Source: a virus (Duplodnaviria > Caudoviricetes). Taken from it: 51,785 bases of DNA. This document shows positions 47,657 to 51,785 of the stretch, in pieces. Below the pieces are notes generated by a model. That model worked only from the letters and a program-made list of their open reading frames with translations. It searched no databases and was not told the origin of the DNA. The stretch covers positions 1 through 51,785 of the IMG/VR virus record IMGVR_UViG_3300017913_002494. One strand, 5' to 3'. How positions within the stretch are numbered: position 1 is the first letter of the stretch; the number at the start of each line of letters is the position of its first letter. The translations under genes and the position numbers were made by a program.

Positions 47657-50600
47657 ATGGCCATTTCAGATACACAAAAACTTGACTATCTCTTTAAGAA
47701 GCTAGGCTTTGGTGTTACTAAGACCGACACCAACGCCCAGAAGAAAGCTTTTAACGAAGCCATCGCTTCACCCCTACTTCTTAGAGCTGATAAACTTTGG
47801 AGACAGGCGGACCTGATCCCGGCAACAGCGCCAGGATCCAACACGGCTGTTATTACACTTCGAACAAACGCACAGGCTACCGAGGATATCACTGCTACCT
47901 CGCAGCGGACTTGGAAATCTGGATACACAGACTGGATTCCACCGGAGTTTGGTTCAACCTATCAGCTGAAAGTTTATGCAGCTGATTCGGGTGAAGCGGA
48001 TCCGGTCAATAACGGTACTCAACTCTTTGCTGCTGGTACCGGTAACGATGACGAATGGTTCTTTGATTATCAATCAGGTGTCCTTCACTTCATTGGTAAC
48101 AACCTACCGACAGCGATTGCTACCGAATCCAAGCGAATCTTTGTAACTGGTTTCCAATATACCGGTGCATTCGGTGTAGGAGCCGGTACGGACTCTGCTT
48201 CAGTAAGCTCGATTATTACTGCAGATGTTGACTCGGCTTACGTACAAGCAAGACAGATTCAATATAATACCAGTGACTTCCTTGACTCTACAACGGTAAC
48301 ACTGGTTGTTGATTCTGCATATGTTAACGCAAGGGTCGATAACAATAACTTCCTGGATTCCAGTGAAGCTATCTCGCTTATTGATTCCAACTATGTTCAA
48401 GCTCGTCAAATCAGCTACAACACTTCGGACTTCCTCGACTCTGACACAGTCAGCCTGGTCGTTGATTCCGATTATGTACGTGCAAGAGTAAGAACTAACC
48501 AGGATCTTTACACAACATCCGACGTTACATTTGCAAATACGATCATTACCGGTAACCTGACCGTTGATGGTACAACCACCACGATTAACTCTACTACACT
48601 TTCTGTCAATGATAAGAACCTTGTCCTTGCGGATTCTGCAGCTGACTCATCCGCGGCGAATGGTGCTGGTATTACAATCGATGGTGCTAATGCTACTATC
48701 CTTTATCAGTCCGGTACTGATACATTTGACTTTAATAAGAAAATCAAATCACCTCACGGTATTGAAGCCGATGTTACTGGTAACGTAACCGGTAACGTAA
48801 CTGGCGATATTGATGCTGACTCCGGTGATATTCGATTCCTTACGGGTCGCGAAGCGGTCTTTGACTCAGCTACCATTGGTACAATCACAGGTAATCTTAC
48901 CGGTGACGTAACTGGTACGGTCTCTGATCTTTCGAATCACGATCTCTTTGACTCGGCCGATGCGGTTATCCTTATCGATTCTGCCTATGTTAATGCAAGA
49001 GTCAATCTTGCTAACTCGCTTGATTCAGCTGAAGCAATCGCTCTGATTGATTCCGCTTATGTACAAGCAAGGCAAATCCAGTATAACACCTCCAACTTTA
49101 CGGACTCGGCATTTGTCACAGGCCTCCCGGTATCAACATTTACAAATGATGCCAACTATCTCGACTCAACAACTGGTACGAATCTCTTTGATTCCAACTA
49201 TGTTCAGGCGAGACAGATTAGTTACAATACTAGCGACTTCCTTGATTCCTCGACAGTCACTCTCGTAGTTGATAGTGCATATGTCAATGCAAGGGTAAAT
49301 GCTAATAACTCACTGGATTCTTCCGAGGCGATTGCACTTATCGATTCGGCATATGTCCAGGCACGTCAGATTCAGTACAATACCTCAGACTTTACTGACT
49401 CTGCCTTTGTAACTAGCCGGCCGATTAGTACATTTACTAATGACGCTAACTACCTTGACTCTAGCACTGTAACCGGTGTTATTGATCAAACCTACGTAAG
49501 AAACAATCAGATCCAATATAACACGAGTGACTTCCTCGATTCCACGACAGTTACTCTTGTAGTCGACTCGGCTTATGTTAATGCTCGAGTAGATGCAAAT
49601 AACTTTACCGATTCTTCGGAAGTTATTGCACTGATTGATTCAAGCTATGTCCAAGCGAGACAAGACTTTGCCTATGCATCCTTGACCGGCAAGCCAGACT
49701 TCGTTGATTCCAGCGATGTTACTCTGATTGTTGACTCAAGCTATGTTCAGGCAAGACAAATCCAGTATAATACTAGTGATTTCCTTGACTCCACGACCGT
49801 AGAACTTGTAGTTGATTCCAGCTACGTACGGACAAGACAGGACTTTAGATATGCATCACTGACTGGTACACCTGCTCTCATTGACTCTGATCTTACTACT
49901 CAGCTTATTGATAGTGATTATGTCAGAGCGAGAGTCCGGACCAACCAGGATCTCTATACGACATCGAACGTAACATTTGCAGACATGATTGTCTCTGGCA
50001 ATCTTACGGTAGATGGTACACAGACTATTATCAACTCAACCACCCTCTCGGTGAATGATAAGAACCTTGTACTTGCTGATTCCGCCGCCGATAGCGCAGC
50101 TGCTAACGGAGCCGGTATCACGATCGATGGAGCGAATGCAACATTAACCTACGTAGCAGCTACTGATAGATTTACCTTTAACAAAGAAGTAGAAGCCGCA
50201 AGGTTCCACGGTAACCTTACTGGCGATGTTACAGGTACAGTATCTGATCTCTCTAATCATGATCTCTTCGATAGTTCTGATGCAACAATCCTGGTAGACA
50301 GTGCATACGTCCAGGCAAGGCAGATTCAATACAATACATCTGACTTCCTCGATTCAACCACTGTAACTCTGGTTGTTGACTCAGCCTATGTCCAAGCAAG
50401 AGTAGATGCTGAAGCTTCGGTTGACTCGGTCGAAGTACAGGCGATGATTGACTCCAACTTTGGAGCACTCAGAACAAGCCTGATTCCTTACGCCGATTCT
50501 ACCATCGACCTCGGTGATTCTGACCACCAGTTTAAAGATCTATATCTTTCTGGTAATACGATCTTCCTTGGCGGTATTGCTCTTAAGCAAGAAAATAATG

Positions 50601-51232
50601 AGATTAACATTGTTAATCGCTTCGATACTAATCAGAAACTCAACCTTCGTGCCAATAACATTACCGAAGGCCAGCAACGTATGGACTCTGCGACTGTTAT
50701 CGATCTCATCGATTCCAGTTATGTCCAGGCTCGCCAGCTTGATGTTAGTGCAGAACAAGAACTTACCGATGGTACTAAGACAAAGGTTGGTCTGAAACTC
50801 AGACTGGTAGATCTCGGTACCGGTGTTATTGGTCTGCAGGCTGAAGGCGAAGTATTCGATTCAAATGATCAACTCTCTGGTGTAGCTCCTCTGATCTACA
50901 AAGGTGTTGATTCACAAGCAACTGGATCGTTTATTGACTCCGCCTACATTCAGGCAAGACAGGCAGGTGGTGCTACAAACACCGATGGTCTGTCGGAAGG
51001 TTCAAGCAACCTTTACTATACTGACGAAAGAGTTGATGATCGTATCAACAACTTGCTCCTGACTGACTCTGCTCTCTCAGCAACATACGATGATGCTGGT
51101 AATACTCTAACATTGAGTGCAGAGAAAGCAACTACCACCACGATTGGTGTAGCTAGCTTTGACAGTTCGAACTTCAATGTAACGGCTGCAGGCCATGTTA
51201 CAGTGGACGAGATTGATGGAGGTACATACTAG
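47657..51232 (+). CDS. large Asp-Ser repeat fibre-like protein
   Basis: many DSAYVQARQ / YNTSDFLDS repeats; LSEGSSNLYYT; ends IDGGTY. Confidence 0.85.
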   Translation: MAISDTQKLDYLFKKLGFGVTKTDTNAQKKAFNEAIASPLLLRADKLWRQADLIPATAPGSNTAVITLRTNAQATEDITATSQRTWKSGYTDWIPPEFGSTYQLKVYAADSGEADPVNNGTQLFAAGTGNDDEWFFDYQSGVLHFIGNNLPTAIATESKRIFVTGFQYTGAFGVGAGTDSASVSSIITADVDSAYVQARQIQYNTSDFLDSTTVTLVVDSAYVNARVDNNNFLDSSEAISLIDSNYVQARQISYNTSDFLDSDTVSLVVDSDYVRARVRTNQDLYTTSDVTFANTIITGNLTVDGTTTTINSTTLSVNDKNLVLADSAADSSAANGAGITIDGANATILYQSGTDTFDFNKKIKSPHGIEADVTGNVTGNVTGDIDADSGDIRFLTGREAVFDSATIGTITGNLTGDVTGTVSDLSNHDLFDSADAVILIDSAYVNARVNLANSLDSAEAIALIDSAYVQARQIQYNTSNFTDSAFVTGLPVSTFTNDANYLDSTTGTNLFDSNYVQARQISYNTSDFLDSSTVTLVVDSAYVNARVNANNSLDSSEAIALIDSAYVQARQIQYNTSDFTDSAFVTSRPISTFTNDANYLDSSTVTGVIDQTYVRNNQIQYNTSDFLDSTTVTLVVDSAYVNARVDANNFTDSSEVIALIDSSYVQARQDFAYASLTGKPDFVDSSDVTLIVDSSYVQARQIQYNTSDFLDSTTVELVVDSSYVRTRQDFRYASLTGTPALIDSDLTTQLIDSDYVRARVRTNQDLYTTSNVTFADMIVSGNLTVDGTQTIINSTTLSVNDKNLVLADSAADSAAANGAGITIDGANATLTYVAATDRFTFNKEVEAARFHGNLTGDVTGTVSDLSNHDLFDSSDATILVDSAYVQARQIQYNTSDFLDSTTVTLVVDSAYVQARVDAEASVDSVEVQAMIDSNFGALRTSLIPYADSTIDLGDSDHQFKDLYLSGNTIFLGGIALKQENNEINIVNRFDTNQKLNLRANNITEGQQRMDSATVIDLIDSSYVQARQLDVSAEQELTDGTKTKVGLKLRLVDLGTGVIGLQAEGEVFDSNDQLSGVAPLIYKGVDSQATGSFIDSAYIQARQAGGATNTDGLSEGSSNLYYTDERVDDRINNLLLTDSALSATYDDAGNTLTLSAEKATTTTIGVASFDSSNFNVTAAGHVTVDEIDGGTY
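48225..50960 (+). repeat. protein-level repeat array (DSxYVxARx; QYNTSDFLDSxxVxLxx)
   Basis: about 20 DSxYVxxR units in translation; DNA diverged at synonymous sites. Confidence 0.9.
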
Positions 51233-51239
51233 AATATAG

Positions 51240-51247
51240 TATAAATA
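51240..51247 (+). promoter_or_regulatory. T4 late promoter TATAAATA
   Basis: exact consensus in intergenic region. Confidence 0.8.
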
Positions 51248-51256
51248 ATGGAAATA

Positions 51257-51282
51257 AGAGGGGAGCTTTTTAGCTCCTCTCT
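51257..51282. other. strong RNA hairpin (terminator-like or 5' UTR element)
   Basis: AGAGGGGAGCT-TTTT-AGCTCCTCTCT, 11-bp stem, no U-tract on + strand. Confidence 0.65.
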
Positions 51283-51310
51283 ATAAAAAACTCCTTTTTT
51301 AAGGGCTGAC

Positions 51311-51785
51311 ATGTCGACTAAAATTATTCTCAAGAAATCGTCCGTTAGTGGGCGGATTCCTGATTCCGGAGATCTACAATACGGCGAGCTGGCACTCAAC
51401 TACGCCGATGGAACTATATACTATAAGGCCAGCGATAACGTCGTTCGCTCAATTTCTGCCGGACTCGACTCATCCCTTGTATCACAACTCGTAGATTCCA
51501 ACTATGTCCAAGCAAGACAAGTGGACTCACAGCGAGACGCAGATTTTATCACCAACATTATTGATTCGGCTTACGTATTAGCTCGAGCTCCAGCACAAGA
51601 CTTTCTTGACTCGTCTGAAGCACTGGCTCTTATTGACGCCAACTCTCTTGACTCATCCAGACTAGATGGCCATCTTGCATCAAAGCTTGGTGCAGCAAAT
51701 CAACTCGTAATCGTTGATTCGTCTGGTGGTACTACAGTAACAAGCACAGCTGTTCTTACGATCGATCCATCGAACCAGTTCGTTG
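51311..51785 (+). CDS. fibre-like protein, truncated by window end
   Basis: manual translation MSTKIILKKSSVSGRIPDSGDLQYGELALNYADG...DSNYVQARQ...; open to end. Confidence 0.85.
   Translation, partial: MSTKIILKKSSVSGRIPDSGDLQYGELALNYADGTIYYKASDNVVRSISAGLDSSLVSQLVDSNYVQARQVDSQRDADFITNIIDSAYVLARAPAQDFLDSSEALALIDANSLDSSRLDGHLASKLGAANQLVIVDSSGGTTVTSTAVLTIDPSNQFV

Noticed and set aside
48225-50960. CRISPR array or DNA tandem repeat
   Set aside because: Repeats are in-frame protein repeats with divergent DNA and no constant repeat/spacer structure
43881-51785. Diversity-generating retroelement suggested by Mtd_N-like N-termini
   Set aside because: No reverse transcriptase and no TR/VR pair with adenine-specific mismatches seen in the window

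Overview
A ~52 kb segment of a large T4-like (myovirus) dsDNA phage genome, resembling marine non-cyanobacterial T4-like phages. In order: (1) 1-5.9 kb early/replication region with small hypothetical ORFs, SleB-like cell-wall hydrolase, 2OG-Fe(II) oxygenase, three tRNAs (Arg-TCT, His-GTG, Pro-TGG), gp33, gp32 and T4-type early promoters; (2) 6.0-10.5 kb minus-strand tail operon (gp4, gp2, gp54-like, gp26, gp51, tape-measure-like, IscA/HesB); (3) 10.6-27.9 kb plus-strand baseplate/virion operon (gp48, gp53, gp27-like, gp5, PAAR, gp25, gp6, gp7-like, gp9/10-like, gp8, VrlC-like) under TATAAATA late promoters; (4) a ~15.4 kb strand-alternating enzyme island (six glycosyltransferase-like ORFs, three radical SAM enzymes, carbamoyltransferase, SGNH protein, methyltransferases, HxD..H oxygenases, kinase-like, QueC-like PP-loop, desaturase); (5) 43.3 kb-end very large fibre-like proteins full of Asp-Ser repeats. 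Top candidates: an Asp-Ser sequon-based virion modification (probably O-glycosylation) system coupling the island to DS-rich outer virion proteins, and a -1 programmed frameshift (UUUUUUA plus internal SD) fusing gp26 to gp51. All family calls come from motif recognition and synteny by eye, not database searches.
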